Source: the human T2T-CHM13v2.0 reference genome, Homo sapiens. From it: 64,000 bases of DNA. Made by a program: the position numbers and the translations under genes. Positions 27,575-45,058 of the stretch are shown piece after piece. The DNA is taken from the NCBI RefSeq assembly GCF_009914755.1, contig NC_060925.1; one strand, written 5' to 3'. Every line of letters begins with the position of its first letter. The stretch's first letter is position 1. Below the pieces are notes generated by a model, which ran no database searches, was not told where the DNA came from, and worked only from the letters and a program-made list of their open reading frames with translations.

Positions 27575-28235
27575 AACGCAAATGAAGTAAACATATGGAA
27601 AAAAGTTTACATTCATGTCGTCAAGGAAATACAAATTAAAACAATAATTGACACTGACTTGGTGAAGTTCTTTAAAATGATCATGTCGGGGCACTCTCAT
27701 GCTGCGGGGAGAAGCACACATTGGAAGGGAGGCAGTTTGGTAACACTTATCAAGAGCCTTAAAGCCTCAAAAGTGTCTCTACCCTTTGGCTCAGTGATTC
27801 CATTTCTACGAGTTTATTTTTAAAAACTCATTAGAGTACAAAGATTTCTGTAAGGATGTCCATTGCAGTGTTAATTATACATGTGAAAAATTGGTATTAA
27901 CTTCGATGTTCAAAATAGAAAAGTCTAAAATAAATGTACCTTCTAAATAATGAAATACTGTGTTGACATTAAAAATCGTATTTTTGGACACTACCTAATG
28001 AGGTGGGAAAATAGTCAAATACAATGTAAAGTTAAAAAGGAAATATTTTTAAAAGTATATATATAATGTATATTTATAGAAAAAGGGGCTGAAAGGATAT
28101 ACATCAAACTTAATAGCCGTTTCCTTTGTGGAAATGGCATAAGTGATTTTTTCTTTATGTTTTTCTGCATTTTCCATAGTTTTATATACTGGGAAATAAA
28201 TATTATAATGATAAATAATAAAAACAACATATATA
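27575..28235 (+). mobile_element. Old L1M (ME-like) fragments
   Basis: Degenerate L1 3' motifs (GGATGTCCATTGCAGTGTT, GGATATACATCAAAC). Confidence 0.6.
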
Positions 28236-28254
28236 ATTTAAGAAATAAGGCTGA

Positions 28255-28563
28255 GGCTGGATATGGTGCCTCATGCCTGTAATCCAAGCACTTTGGGAGG
28301 CCAAAACAGAAGGATTGCTTTGAGGCCAGGAGTTCAAGATCAGCCTGGGCAACACAGCTGAGACCCCATTCCTACAAAAAATTTTAAAATTATCTGGGCA
28401 TGTGGCGCATGCCTGTAGTCCTAGCTATCCAGGAAGCTGAGGCAGGAGAATCACTTGAGTCTAGGAGTTTGAGGAGGCAGTGAGCTGTGATCGTGCTACT
28501 GCACTTCAGCCCGGGTGACAGAGTGAGACCCTGTCTCAAAAAATAAACAAAGAAATAAATAAA
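28255..28563 (+). mobile_element. AluJ
   Basis: Diverged dimer with J-type positions. Confidence 0.92.
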
Positions 28564-28709
28564 ACATTCTTGTGAACAACAATGACAAAGACAGTAGTAT
28601 AATTTCTTTCAATTAGAGGGAAAGGCACTCACATTTCTAAGTACCTCCTCTTATGTGCAAGGTCTTGGACTTGTGTCACAAGGCTCACAATAGCCTTGGG
28701 AGGGATGTC

Positions 28710-30774
<2,065 letters not shown>

Positions 30775-32852
30775 CTAGCAGTGATTGAAAAAGACTCAAC
30801 AGCCTACTCAGTGCTTTAAAAATATGCCACTAATTACAGGCCCAGAAAGAAAATTAGCCGTAAGCATTTCTTTTCTGTTCCCATTAGAACCTCTAATGAG
30901 AGTGCACGGTTGTTATTATTTCAAAAGCAACAGCTTTCCAGTGTTTAACAATGTGCTAAATGCTTTTGCTGTTTGTTTCCATTCCTTTTTCCCTAATGGG
31001 TAAGGGGATTCGATGGCTGATTTCCCCACTCTAATCACCATGGGGAGGCTGGTTTTCCTCATGGCACTTGGCTTCTCCTCTCCTCAGATTCAGCCAGCAC
31101 TTAGTCAGTTGATAAAATCTTTGAGCACCTACTGTGTACTGTGTGTAGGGTTCTCTCTTTGAATCATAAGTCTATTGCGCACCATGAAACATAAACCAAA
31201 TGTTGGTGATGCAGTCCCAGTGATCTCACTCCGAGGAATTTTTGTAGCCAGCGTCCCCAGTGCTAAAGCATGCCCCATCTCTGCCAGAAGATCTTTGATG
31301 CCACAAGGGGCAATACAGTGCTTCCCAGACTCTTCTGCAGAACTCTGTATCAGTGTCAAAACATTCTAGGCCCTCCTTACATGAAAATGGTCACTTATCT
31401 AGTGATGGAGGCTACAGATGGTGCTTACTGTGCATTTGGATTCACAGACTGCTTACAATAACTGAAACTGTTGGTGTCCACAGGCCCTGAAACGCTGATG
31501 TCACTGGAAAGTGCATTGTTCTTAGAGTTCAAAGACCCAATTGCACTCTTGGTTCTGCCGCCTAACTGGCTGTGCCTCCTTAGGCAAGTTACTCCATCTT
31601 CAAAGGTAATTTTCCTGTCTGTAAAATGGAAATATGAAACCCACCTGTGCTAAGGTTGCTGTGAGGATCAACTGAGACTCGTGTGAAGGGGCTTATAAAC
31701 ATACACAAGGATGAAGTATTAGTGAACCCATTATCTTCAGTCTCTCCTCTCAGCACTCACCTGCACAGTTGCTGCCATTGAATTACCCCTTTGGCCTACC
31801 TCTTTAGAAATACCAACTGAGGTTAGGTTGCAGTGGTTTTCTCCATCTAATTCTCTTTATTTTGCAAACTCATTAAACATATGCTGAGAATAAATTTACT
31901 ATTAGGCTATGAATTTCTGCAGGGCAGTGACAGAGTCTCATCAGTTCTACTGCCCCAGAAAGGATCTGCGCTCAGCACAGGGCCCAGAGCCCACCTGCTT
32001 CAAAGGAGCCCCAGTGGCCTGGGGTCAAAGGGAATGCCCACCTGGCTGACTGAGAGCATCCCAAAGAGGGTCTGAGAGCGAGGTTTCCCCCTCAGGTCAC
32101 AGACTAAGAGGAATTTTTCCTTTTGCTTCTCCAAGCAGGCTCACTTCCTCACTGAACACTTTTGCCAGCTGCTTTCAATCCTAATATTTTGGCAGCCAAA
32201 CAGCATGCTGTTCTGCAAAGGAGCTGGGAAACTGCTAATGATCTGATATGAACAGCCTCCCAGCTCTCCCGGGCTCCTGCTCAGAGCCCAAGGTTGACAG
32301 TGGGACATGGGGCCTCTTAGCATGCTGCCTTTTGCTCCAACCAGAGAAGGCCCTGGGCCTCACGCTTTACAGCCCCACCCCCATAACACCAACTCTATGT
32401 GTGGAGGGAAACCTGGGCACCTCTGTCTCTCAGGATCTGCTGCTCAACTCTGGTACAGCATGACGCAGAACGTTAAACACGCTGTCTTGGAAATGACACC
32501 ATTCCAGCCTCAGGACAATGCTTCTCCACATCTCTTATGTCCTTGAAACAAAGGTGACTGTGTCTGAAGAGTTGTGGGTTGTGGTGTTTCCAGTGTTGGA
32601 GATGGACATTATTTCAGAATGTGTGTCAGCTGGGGAAGGGGAGGTGACCGATCACCTCCCCTTTTTGGGTAAAAGAAAAGACAAATATGTTAACATGTTA
32701 AATTCTTCCTCTCACATAGCCAAGAATGCAATTGATTCTTGCAAAATTCAGTATACATCGCATGTCCATTTTCTTGCTTTTCTTCATGTTCCCATTTGTG
32801 ATTCTGGAGTTACCCATAAACTAGTGTAGAATTCACAACAATTTCTGTAGCA

Positions 32853-32891
32853 GTTAAGGAACCTTTTGCAATATTAAACAGTTTATAAAAC

Positions 32892-32937
<46 letters not shown>

Positions 32938-33028
32938 CTGGGGTTTCTCAACCTTAGCACTATTGACATTTTAGACTGGTTACTTCTTTGTTAAGGAACC
33001 TCTTGCAATATTAAACAGTTTATAAAAC

Positions 33029-33064
<36 letters not shown>

Positions 33065-33116
33065 CCGGGGTTTCTCAACCTTAGCACTATTGACATTTTA
33101 GACTGGTTACTTTTTT
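32853..33116 (+). repeat. Tandem duplication of 137 bp + 127 bp units, each containing a (GT)n tract
   Basis: (GT)21 versus (GT)16, 3 substitutions elsewhere, GTT junction microhomology. Confidence 0.96.
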
Positions 33117-33250
33117 GTTGTGGGGCTGACCTAGAATGTTTAGCAGCATCGCTCATCCCCATCCACTAGATACCAGAAGCAAGTTGTGTCAACCAAAGAT
33201 GTACCCAGACGATGCTCCTGGGAAGCAAAACCACCCTTTGAGAACCACTA
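33063..33250 (-). mobile_element. MER20 hAT-Charlie element (one end duplicated at 32936-32989)
   Basis: GGTTTCTCAACCTTAGCACTATTGACATTTT...TTGAGAACCACT. Confidence 0.85.
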
Positions 33251-35231
33251 GACATAGACATGTTTATAGACATAAGTGCATGAAAAGTGATGCTGCTTCT
33301 TCACACTGGCAATGACAAGGATCTCACACACTAGAATTTTACTTAGTTTTATTTAAATAATTTTGATTAAAAATTTCACATCCATTAATCATAAAAGTTT
33401 TCACTCATTTTTAATAGGCACATTTTAATACAATCAAAGAAAATTCATTTTTTAAAACATGAAAAATGTACACTCATATAGTTTACCTTTAGTTTAATCT
33501 ACACTTTATGATAAAAATATGTTAAAACTTTGGACATTTTGAATACAATCACATTTTTCTAAACTCCAGATCATTACCATCAATAGAACACATATGACAT
33601 GAATATCTTGATTATATAACAATATAATTTATGATTTTGCTAAAATAAAAACATGAAAACTAAAATCTATGGATGAATATGTAATAGTTTCTGAATTATG
33701 TGTGTATTTATTTCATTACTCACCCCAACATCACTGGCCCATCAACCAAACACCAAGACACATGTAAGAATAATTTAATCCAGTCATCTTTGATATTTGG
33801 CTGAATTTCAGTCACGTAGAAACTGTAGTTTTGTACATACTGTATATTTTACTGAGGCATGTTTGTCAAAGTAGGAAGCTAGAATATATTTCATCAAATC
33901 ATTTATTCTCTTGGTTTATGATTATCTTGCCAGGGGGCTGGCATGCATGAGGACCAGGTCTCATCCACTTGACCTGAGGCCTCAGACCAGGGCCTAAAAT
34001 GGGACCGTGCAGTCACTGAGCCCAGGATGGGATGGGGGCAGGGGATAAAGGGAGGATGGGGCTGGTTGATCAACCGCAGGCCTGAGTTGCAGGCAGGCCC
34101 TGGCCAAAATGGTTAAATAGGTAAAGGTGATTATTCCCTTACTGGGGGCTTCCCTAGCCCACCTTAGATTCCAGGTTCCTCACACCCTACCCCAGTCAAG
34201 GCTCAGAATTAAATCCCAAAGTACAACCTGACCCATGTATCATTTATTCATTCAACAAGTATTTATGGATCTCTTCCTCTTCTCTAGGTACTAGGCTGGG
34301 CCATGGGATATAAAAGTTTCTGCTCTAAATACGCAGGTCATTTCAAGAGGGAGAAAAACCTTATCGATTCCCACTTATTCTATCTCTTTCCCTTTTTATA
34401 ATTCTTTTATCCCTAAGCCATAATAAAGGGGAGAAATACATATTTAGGAACCATTGTATTTGTTAAGTTGCATCTTCACTTTTTCATAATCTTGCTTTCT
34501 GCTGTGCTAAGCAACAATTAAATTTAATTTAATGCCACAGGGATGAAATTATTGAGCTCCTGTTACCTGACAGACATGAACTGTCCTCAGGGAACCCAAA
34601 GATTCAGGAAAAAAAAATGGTGCCTGGGCTTAAGGATGTCACACACCAGTAGAAGCAGGCAGGTAAGTAAGAAACACTCTTATGCTGGGCTAGGGCTGCA
34701 CAAAGGTTTGCATGAAGTGTAACAGCAGAGGAGGTGGGAAATGAACTTTTCCTGGGGGATTCAGGTGAAGCTTCACCAAGGGTGCTATTTGAGCTTAGTC
34801 GTGCAGGGTATGCAGAACCCCTCCAGGCAGAGGTGCAAAAGGACGAGCAGAGGAGGCAGCCCTGGCAAATGCACCCTTGGAAAGGACAAGCCACTAAAGC
34901 AGGGAACCAGCCCTTGGCACAGAGTAGGTGCTCCGTGGGTTCTGGTTTCCTTCTGCTGTATCCTGGCCGAGTGACAGTGCCTGGTTTGTTCATGACAGAG
35001 CTTAAATTATTCCTAGAGATGTAACACCCTAGCCCCCAAAGAGCAATTGTTTCTAAGATTTTCTGGCCCTCAGTGCTGGAGCTGTGCCTTTCAGCAACCT
35101 TCAGAACATTCAGAGGAGCAAGGACAAGAGCAGGAGGGGAGGCTGAGGACACCCTGGCTCATTAGTTAATGAGGGGCATTGATTGGCTACCTACCCTCTC
35201 AGGGTGGTTGTGGAAATCAGAAGAGATAAAG

Positions 35232-35262
<31 letters not shown>

Positions 35263-36041
35263 TGCGGGAGAAGACATCAGAAAATATCACCCTTGTCTAG
35301 GAACTCATACAAGTTTGGGAGAAAAACTTACCTGTGAAATGCAGGAGAAGTGACTTAGGAACTTGGGAAGTCTGCAAGCAAAGCATCAGCAGATACACCA
35401 GATGGAGAGACTTCCACAGGATAGAGGATTGTGGAATGAGGGGAGGGACTCCCATGGGATGGGGTTAATCGGGGCGTGGCCTCCTAGAGAAAATACTTGG
35501 GGACTGGTCAGAGAGAAGACAGTGTTTCTGGTCAAGCAGTGCACCAGAGCAAGTGAATTGGCGAGGTGTGTGGGAAGGACAGCAAGCAGGTACAGTCAGG
35601 TGAGAGGGACACTGTGTGGAAGGGCAATGGGGGAAAAGGCTGGACAAATGAGAATTAGGGCAGTGAGGAGGCCAAAATGCTAGCTGGAGGAGACTTCCTT
35701 AGGAAGGCTGGGCTGGAGACCACTTAAGATCCACTCCAACCCTGAGACCTTCCTAGCAGACAGTCCCACTCTTTCAGGGGCCCAACTTTTCCCAGCATAC
35801 GCCAATTCCCAGCTCCTGGGGTACATCCCAACTGGTTTAAACTAAGCTCAGTTATACCACTGCCTTTGGTTGAGTGTGGCTCTGTAATCAGGTCCCAGAC
35901 AGCGAGCCATACAGGTGATATGTTTAAAGGTTCTGGGAAGAAATAGTCCATCTTTGTCCTGTGCAGGATGTTGATGTGTCTGGATGTGAGACCTGAAACC
36001 ACTGCAGTGATCTAGCCTGAGGAGAAAACCAATTTAGACAG

Positions 36042-36588
<547 letters not shown>

Positions 36589-38137
36589 AGGATTTCTTAC
36601 CACATGAGATGATGAATACTCTTTATGCCATTTGAGGGTAGGTTTTCTTCTGCTTGCAGTCAAAAACATCATAATATCTATTTTTAATTATCCAGACCAA
36701 CAGTAATGGGAAAGTTATAATTCTAGACAGAGGAACCCATCAAAGAAACATAATTCATGCAAGCAGTGACAGGCATTTCAGCATGATTAACACATGAAGT
36801 TCAGGATGCCATGTGGCTAGAGATGGGACCAGAGGTGCAGGCAGAGGCCAGGTCTCAGAGAGATTCGTACACTTTGTGGGGAACCTGGTCTTCGGAATAT
36901 TTGGGATCCACTGATGAGAGGATTAAGTTGCCCTGAATAAAAAGTCAGCAACCCATAGGATTGCTGAGCAGGAAATAACTATGATAGTGTAACTGAGGCT
37001 CAGCAGAGCATAGAGATTCAAGAAAAGGGCTTTGGTGAGAGACCAAGGTTTAACCCACAGTTCAACCACCGATGAGCCATGTGCCTTGAATAAACTTCCC
37101 TCAATTTTATGGAAGACAAGTCCTGTTCCTCAGGGTGGTTGTGGAGCCTGTGAGCACTCCCTCTGATGGCCTGCGCAGCTCTGATTGTTCTATAAACACT
37201 CACTGACACTGCAAAGTGCTAGACGCTGTGCTGGGGTTGGGTGCAATGTCATAAAGGGCCATTTCTGCCATCAAGGCGGGCAAGGCCTCCAGGAAGGACA
37301 ACTCACGAGAAGGTAAATGTCAACGTGATGTGCAAAGCGCTAAGTAGAGATAGACCCAGGTTGTCAAGAGTGGTTTTTTCCCCTAAAATGCAAAGAACAA
37401 AAAGTCCAATGATGGCAAAGGTTCAGTAAGTTGCTGACTCAGTTGGCAAGGGGAGCCGTTCCCTCTCTGCCTGTTCCCACAACTCACTGAACACCAATTC
37501 TTTCTTTAGCTTGAGACTTCCTCAGCTCTTCTGTGGGACCAGCTGGGGGAAGCCAGCACCCTCCTCCCACCCCACTCCACTGTTTCCTCCAAGGTCCCTC
37601 TATTGACACACCCATTAGGGTCACTTCTGAGGGACAGTTTTCCAGCCTGCCACTGGGGAAGGACTGGCATCTTTCCCAGGTCCTGTGGCCTCCTGTCCCC
37701 TGTAGCCCTGAACACAAATTTCAGGCCAGCTTTCCTAGAGAGCAACCTCACACTCTGCTAAGAGGTTCTCCAAGCCCATGCCTAACCAACCTGCATCTGA
37801 AACACAGCCTTTCTTGGATGGAAACAAGGCCAAGATGAATTCTCCTTCTCAGGACCAAAGCATAACCTCTGGAAAGGATTCTAGAGGCTTCTTGGAATCA
37901 TCATTATCTTAGCACTCTTGCAGTCCCATGGCACCATACATCAGACAGTCTACAAGTCTGCCACACCAGCAGTCATTGAAATTGGCTCACGATTCTGATA
38001 CTTCTGCATCAAAGCTGCCACAAGATTCAGTGGCCTCTTCAGGAATCCCAACAGTCCCTTTCCCCAGCATTCAAAGCCATTCCCCACCCTCACCTTGGAA
38101 AGCACAGGAGGGTGATGTTAAGCACTGAACCAACTTA

Positions 38138-38338
38138 AAAATTTTTTATTTTAGTATAGCATGCATACAGAAAAATGCATGCATCATAATCGCATGGCTC
38201 AATAAATTATCACAATATGACTCCCCATGTAACCACTGCCCAAGGTAAGGAATAGAACATTGCCAGCTATGCAAGAGCCCTCCTCATGCCCTTTCCTATC
38301 ACCAACCCCACTCTTCCCATCAAAGGCAACTTCTAACA
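38138..38338 (-). mobile_element. L1MC/ME 3' end fragment
   Basis: CATACAGAAAAATGCA...GAATAGAACATTGCCAGC. Confidence 0.7.
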
Positions 38339-38521
38339 TCACAGAAGTGTTTGAACCAGAGAAGCACTAAAGGTTTTAAGCAGAGAGGAAATATCATCAT
38401 ATTTGTCTTTTGGAAAGTACTTTCTGTCTAGGAAGAGAACAAGAGGCTGGGAGGCGAACTGGGAGACTGTTGCAGAGACTGTGATTGCTGGGACCAGAAA
38501 AGGGGCAGTGAAAGTGGAAGA

Positions 38522-38612
38522 AAGGAAGGAGGGATGGGAGGGGAGGGGAGCAGACGGGAGGAGAGGGGAGGGGAGAGGAGGGGAGGGGAGGGACAGGGAT
38601 GGGAGCTGGGGG
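38522..38612 (+). repeat. G/purine-rich tract with G-quadruplex potential
   Basis: Many GGG/GGGG runs separated by short loops. Confidence 0.8.
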
Positions 38613-39444
38613 TCATAAGGCCAACTTTCTGCCAACTTGCCCACTCTCTTAGTGGTGCTTTACTGTGGTCTGCAGATTAATTAAATGACCTTAAAAGCCT
38701 CCTACCCCCAAGCCTGAAAGTCTTTTATTCAAACCAGTCATCTGGAAAGCAAGCCTCCCACTGGTGCTTAATTCACTCAAGAAAAGATTAGAAGAACCTG
38801 GTTACCAAGCTTCGAAAAGTTGCTCATAAAATTCAGCAGGAGCCTGAAATCCTCAGAGACTTCTATTTTTACCAAAAACACACACAGAGAAGTGGAGAAT
38901 TTTCAAATGAATTAGACATGAGATTGATCTTTTTATACAAAAGGAGGGTGAAAAGGAACAGTGATGCTGTTTGAACTCCCCGACACCCCACACACACACA
39001 CACCGCCCCGCATTTCCCTAAGCTGTCTTGACTTGATGGCATTGGTGAGACCTGAGCTCTGCCCTGACCCAGGCACAGACCATGGTTGGGGCCAGGGTTT
39101 TCTCAAGACCATGAACACAGTACACAACCCCCCAGACAGGGCCTGCTTCCACTCTAAGAGGAGCTGGCCAAAGTGGCTCCCCAGCCCCACCTGAATAAGA
39201 ACACCATACACTGGGAATGACTGTTGGTGTTGAGGAGGCTTAAAACAAGGGCATGCTTTGGGAGAGTTGGGGGGATCTATCCTGGGCACCCGGCTGGTGA
39301 GGCAAAGCTCTGCAGTCAGCAATTATTTTCAACCCATCTTGTCCTGTAAGCATCAAGCTGTGGTCTTCCTCAACAGTGCTTTGTCAGCTAGCTAACACCC
39401 TTATCTTTAGCTGAGGTCAGTCAAGAACTCCTTTTTAAGTTTAA

Positions 39445-39615
39445 TTTTTATTTTATTTTTTTAAGAGACAGGGCCTTGCTCTGTTGCCCAGGCTGGAGTG
39501 CAGTGGTGCAACCATGGCTCACTGAATCCTCAAACTCCTGGGCTCAAGTGATCCTCCTGCCTCAGCCTTCCAAGTAGCTGGGACTACAGGTGTGTACCAC
39601 CACACCTGGCTAATT
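39445..39615 (-). mobile_element. Alu monomer (FRAM or AluJ right arm)
   Basis: T-rich tail followed by a single Alu arm. Confidence 0.88.
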
Positions 39616-40775
39616 AAGGACTCCTGATTTCCTCTTGTGAGCTTTGCATAAATTAGATCTGTGATTGTTACCCAGTGCTCTGTAGACCCCCCAGGGGTTC
39701 CATATAGGTGTCTCAAGAGCCACAGAGAAGCCAGGACTCTGAGCCCCTACACATTTCAACTACAGAAGCTCCACTTCTAAACTGGCCTTGAGACAACACA
39801 GCAATCCTTTCATAAAGTTTTGTCAGGTAGGCTTACCCCTATCTTCTTGGCTATCACAGAGTAATTAAAATACTAATTTGTGTACAGTTGCCCTCTGGGA
39901 GAGTATAAACCTGAAAAAGGCTTTGTCCTTCAAAGGACTGGACAGGAATAACAAATTCAAATCTTAATGGGGCCATACAGGTAAGTCAGAGAGCAAACTG
40001 GGCTGCTGTAAGATGATAGGGTGTGGTAGGGTCTTTGACAAAACAGTGTGCATCCTCACCTGCAGCCAATTGCCACCAAGTGAAAATGCAGGCTTAAGGC
40101 TGCCAGACCTTCCGATGCTTCCAGAGAAGACAGATATCACATTTGTCTGTAAATATCCAGATTTCTAAGTCTACGCAATTAATTTAAATTTTTAAAAAAC
40201 AAAAACATGTGTAGTCACTCGTGCACAGTATGTGAACCATGGACTTCTAGTTTAGGTCCACTGGGTGAATAAGCCAGGACGCTAGGGAAGAGAAGGGTTT
40301 TAAAGGCTTAGGACTTCAGTGTTGAAAAGGGGAAGGCCTGATCTAGGAGACATAGAAACTAGGAAGAGAGGAGGAGTTGCAGGTTTCAGAGTGATGAAGA
40401 CCTGAACCAACACAAATGCAGCACCCATGGAGGTGGCATCTAGGAACAAGGGTCTGTGCAGACAGGGCACCAAGCATCAGAGCCTGGGGGATCTGGGGAA
40501 GGCCCCACAGCTGAGCGTGGCACTGGGGTGGTGGAGCTACCAGCAGAGCTGCCTGCCCTGGAACGGACCAGGAGGGCCAGGGCAAAGAGCAGAGTCCACA
40601 CCAACCACCGTCAGGGACCAAGGCCCTCACCTGTTTCCTACGCCAAGCTTGTCTGATCCAAGCGAGGGGGAGAGAATCCCAGAAAACTAAGCACAGTCAA
40701 TTTCCTCAAGCCACAATCAGTTTTGTTTAGAAAATGATGAAATGTGTCATTTCTTTCAACCTAAACGCCCTGGAA

Positions 40776-42168
40776 CAGTGGTTCTTAAAGTTTAAGTTAT
40801 GGATCTACAAGGGTCCTCAGGACCCTTTCAGGAGGCCCTAGAGGTCAAAACTATTTTCATAATAATACCAAGATGTTGTTTACCCCTTTCACTGTGTTGC
40901 CATTTGCACAGATGTGGAAAGCAGGGCTGGGGGAAACTGAGGTCTCCCACCACGACCTCAGCCACCACCCTGCACTCATCGTCACTGTGTCCGCCTCATA
41001 TAATAAAACAGTGGCCAGTTTCACTTGAGAATGTTCTTAATGAAGTAGCAAGAATTACTGATGTTATTAATCATGACCTGGAGTCCACATAATTCTCTGT
41101 GACAACTGGAAAGTGAGCATGACGCAGTTCTGCTGCATGCCCAGGTGTGGCGGTTGTCTTGAAGAAAAGCTCTGTGGGAAGGGTTTGAGTTGTGAGCTGA
41201 AGAAGCCCATTTGTTTCGTTTTGTTTTGTTTTGTTTTTTAAATAGGACAGTATTTTTATTTAAAGGCATCACTGATGGACAAAATGTGGTTATTCAGACT
41301 TACGTATTTGGCAGAATTTTTCTTTGAAATGAACAAAGAGAGCCCGTCACGTCAAAGAAACCAACTGACAGTATTTGTTGCCAATGATAGAATTTGAGCT
41401 TTCAAGCAAAAATTAACATTTTTTTTAAAACTTTGCATCTACTACTGTAAGTTTGACAGTTTCCCAGTACTTGAAGACTTTTCTGATGAGACTGGCAGTG
41501 AAATTAATGAATAGAATTTTTTTATGTTGTATAAAGAAACGCATCAATATTTGGATGATCTATAGAACTCATTCAACCAATATTTCCCAGATGACCAATG
41601 AATCATGTTACAAAATAATGCATGGATAAAAGATATTGCAAACATGTAAGATAGGCTAATGAATTTTAATATACTACAGAATGAAAAGTTCATTGATGTG
41701 ATTTTAGATTTTACGTTGCAACTTATCTTAGAGTAACTACTTCTTGTGGGGTAGGTATGATAACAAAGAACATCCATAATTATCCGAGAAGGCTGTTAAA
41801 ATACTTCTCTCTTCTCCTACTATACATGTATGGAGTCCAGATTTTCTTCATATACTTCAACAAAAACAACATATCCTAACAGATTGAATGTAATAAGCCA
41901 GACATTAAAGAGAGTTGTAAAAATGTAAAACAGTACCTACCACTCTTTTCACTTGATATTTTAGCTTTGGAAAATATAGTTATTTTTAAATAAAAAAATA
42001 TTTATATGACTACCTAATGAGCTTATTTTTTCTTACAATAAATTGCTAAATACATATTTTTAAATCCTCAATTTAATTTTGAATACAGTAAATAACTGTG
42101 ACATACATAAATAGCTTGGGGTACTCAATAATTTTTAAGAGTGTAAAAAAGACTCTGATACAGAACAA
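40776..42168. mobile_element. Charlie1a/b-like hAT DNA transposon
   Basis: CAGTGGTTCTTAAAGT terminus, GAGGTCAAAACTATTTTCATAATAATAC and a decayed transposase-derived interior. Confidence 0.8.
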
Positions 42169-44317
42169 GTCATTCCTGTCATATTCTGCTTCTCTGGAGA
42201 GCTCAGAAAGATCAAAGCCATATAACAGGAAGAGTGAGGTGGGGGCTGAGTAGAGGTTACGATTTGCAATTAAAATTCACTTTCATGTAGATGACAGCAT
42301 TTTATTCTCAACCCTTCTGTAAGGGGCCAGCAGAATCTTTCACAGATAAGGAACTGAGACTCAAGAAGTAAAATACCTGGCGCCAGAGCCAACTCCCAGG
42401 TAGGCCAGGCAGGATTTGAACCCAGGTCCTCTGACTTCAAACCCAGAGCTCTTTCTCCTCACATGCACATTATCTCTGCACCTGAAATGGGCCTTGGCCC
42501 CTAACTTTTCCTTTCTCATCTTTCTTCTGGTTTGGTCTCATGGGCAATGTGAGGCTATCTTAAAAGAGGAAGTAAAATTCTTTTCCTCCTTCAAAAGCTC
42601 TGTAATTGACCATAACAGCTTTACTCACAGCCACAGCCCTATATGTCATGTGGCCCATCTGTTCCCTGCCTGTGACTGAGGAACCAGAGTGGTCACTTGA
42701 CTTAGAGGCAGGGTCATCCATAGAATGCTCTGGGCCAGTCGGCTTCTCTCTTCCAGGATTTTAAGTTGAGAGACACAGAGGGTATTGTCAATTTGATGGA
42801 GAATCTTGGAACTGAAAACTCAGGCTGACTTAGGGGCTGAAGTGGCTATTTGGGGACCATTTGAAAGACGATTAATCAGAGGAAACTGGGGGTGGGTGGA
42901 AAGAAAGAGAGAGAGAGAGCAAACAAAAATAAGTCGCTATTGGGAGACAGAAAAAGGGTCTAGGTCCCTGACTTTCCAGTCCTCAGTTCTAATGGCTGCA
43001 AAACCCAACTGTACCTCTTTTTCTCCAGAAGCCCTGAGGTGGCCATGATGTGTCTACAGTTATCCCTCCCACCCCATTGGCTTTCTAGTAGTGCACCTCT
43101 CAGCTCACTGTGACACTCAGGGTCTTGGGATTTCTCTAAGGCTCACATGTCCACTGGTGCTCGTGGCAATGCTGGAGGAGCATCTGTATGCTCTCTGGTT
43201 TGTAGTTGCATCAGTGACTAGAGCAGCAAAAGGGAGCCACACAATGGTCATTCTGTTGACACACAGTTCGTTTGCTTTGGGGCCTTTTAGAACGAGACCC
43301 TACCTGGTTTGGGAGGCCAAGGAGTGTTTTCTTCACATTTGATTACAAGATTTTTTCCCCTTTCCCTTAGAAACCATATTTTTTCCCTCATTCAAGTAAG
43401 ATGCACTGTACTCAAATATGCCCTCAATTTTATGAAAATTACTTTAGATGGGATTTAGGATCAGAAGAATGGATTTCATTTCATAGGACTTATTAGTTGA
43501 AAAGAGGTTATCCCTGGCTCTGAACAGAAATCTGTTTCCTATATTTATCCAAGGCTTTAAAAGCCCCCCTCATGAGGTACCAAAAGCTAAGGAACTCTGG
43601 CTTTGGAAACTTGTTGGGCAGAAAGTCTAACATCATGGAATGACAGAAAGATAAGGCAGTGTGTCCTGTGTCCTCTTACCAAGTGCCAACTGTGCCCTGT
43701 TAAAGTCCTGACAGGCTCAAGTTGCTTTAATTGTCACCTTTCTCCTCCCACTTCTGGCCTACAAACTGCTCTGGCAAATCTCCATTGGAACAACACCCCT
43801 ATAAACACGCACACGTGCATGCATGCACACACACGCACACACTTACCAGCACTGTGGCTCTTGCCCTCTTCTTTCTAAGCATTACAGTAATAATGACATG
43901 AAGTGTTTGCCTGAGCTGAGTTATAACAGAGTGACTATGGCTTGGCAAAGCTTCAGTAAAAAGGGCACTGTCATACCCAGCTGGCAGGAGTGCAAATTGA
44001 TACAGACTTTCTGCAGGGCATCGGCAATATGTATCAAGAGCTTTAAATGGGCTTATACATCTGGCACAGTAATTTGTTTTTTTTAAGGGAATTTATCCAA
44101 AGGTAAATAGTAATGTTCCTTAAAGCAGGTTTGTATTAGCAAAAAATCAGAAGCAATCTAAAACATGTCTAACAGGAAGGAATTAATTAAAGAAAGTATC
44201 ATACAATCTGATATATGTGGTCATTAACATCTTATCACCAAAGACTACCTAAGCACATGGAAAATTACTTATGATAAATTTGTAAAGTGAAAAAATTCGT
44301 ATATAAAAATCAATTTA

Positions 44318-44650
<333 letters not shown>

Positions 44651-44902
44651 TTAACCAAGTGCACAAAAATAGTACATATAAAATATAAATATATATATAA
44701 TTTATACATAAAAATTTATATTTGTGGTATAGTTTTATATATCTATGCGTATATCTATGACCGAAAGTTAATAAAATAGAATTATAATAGTAAATGTAGA
44801 TGTATGCGTGAATTTTATTTTCTTCATATTCTTACATATTTTTCCAAAAATTTTATGACTATATTCTACTTTTATAATTAGAAAATAATAATGTTAAAAT
44901 AA

Positions 44903-45058
44903 TTTTTTTAGAGGCAGGTTCTTGCTATGCTTCCCAGGCTGGACTGCAGTAGCTATTCACAGGCATGATCTTAGTGGACTACAGCCTTGAACTTCTAGAC
45001 TCAAGCAGTCCTTCCACCTCACCCTTCCCAGCAGCTGGGACTATAGGTGTGAGCCACC
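44903..45058 (-). mobile_element. FAM (fossil Alu monomer)
   Basis: Retains the 7SL-like GCTATTCACAGG segment that is absent from dimeric Alu. Confidence 0.8.

Noticed and set aside
34604-35152. 182 aa minus-strand ORF
   Set aside because: No recognisable domain, non-ATG start, and it overlaps L2-like decayed sequence.
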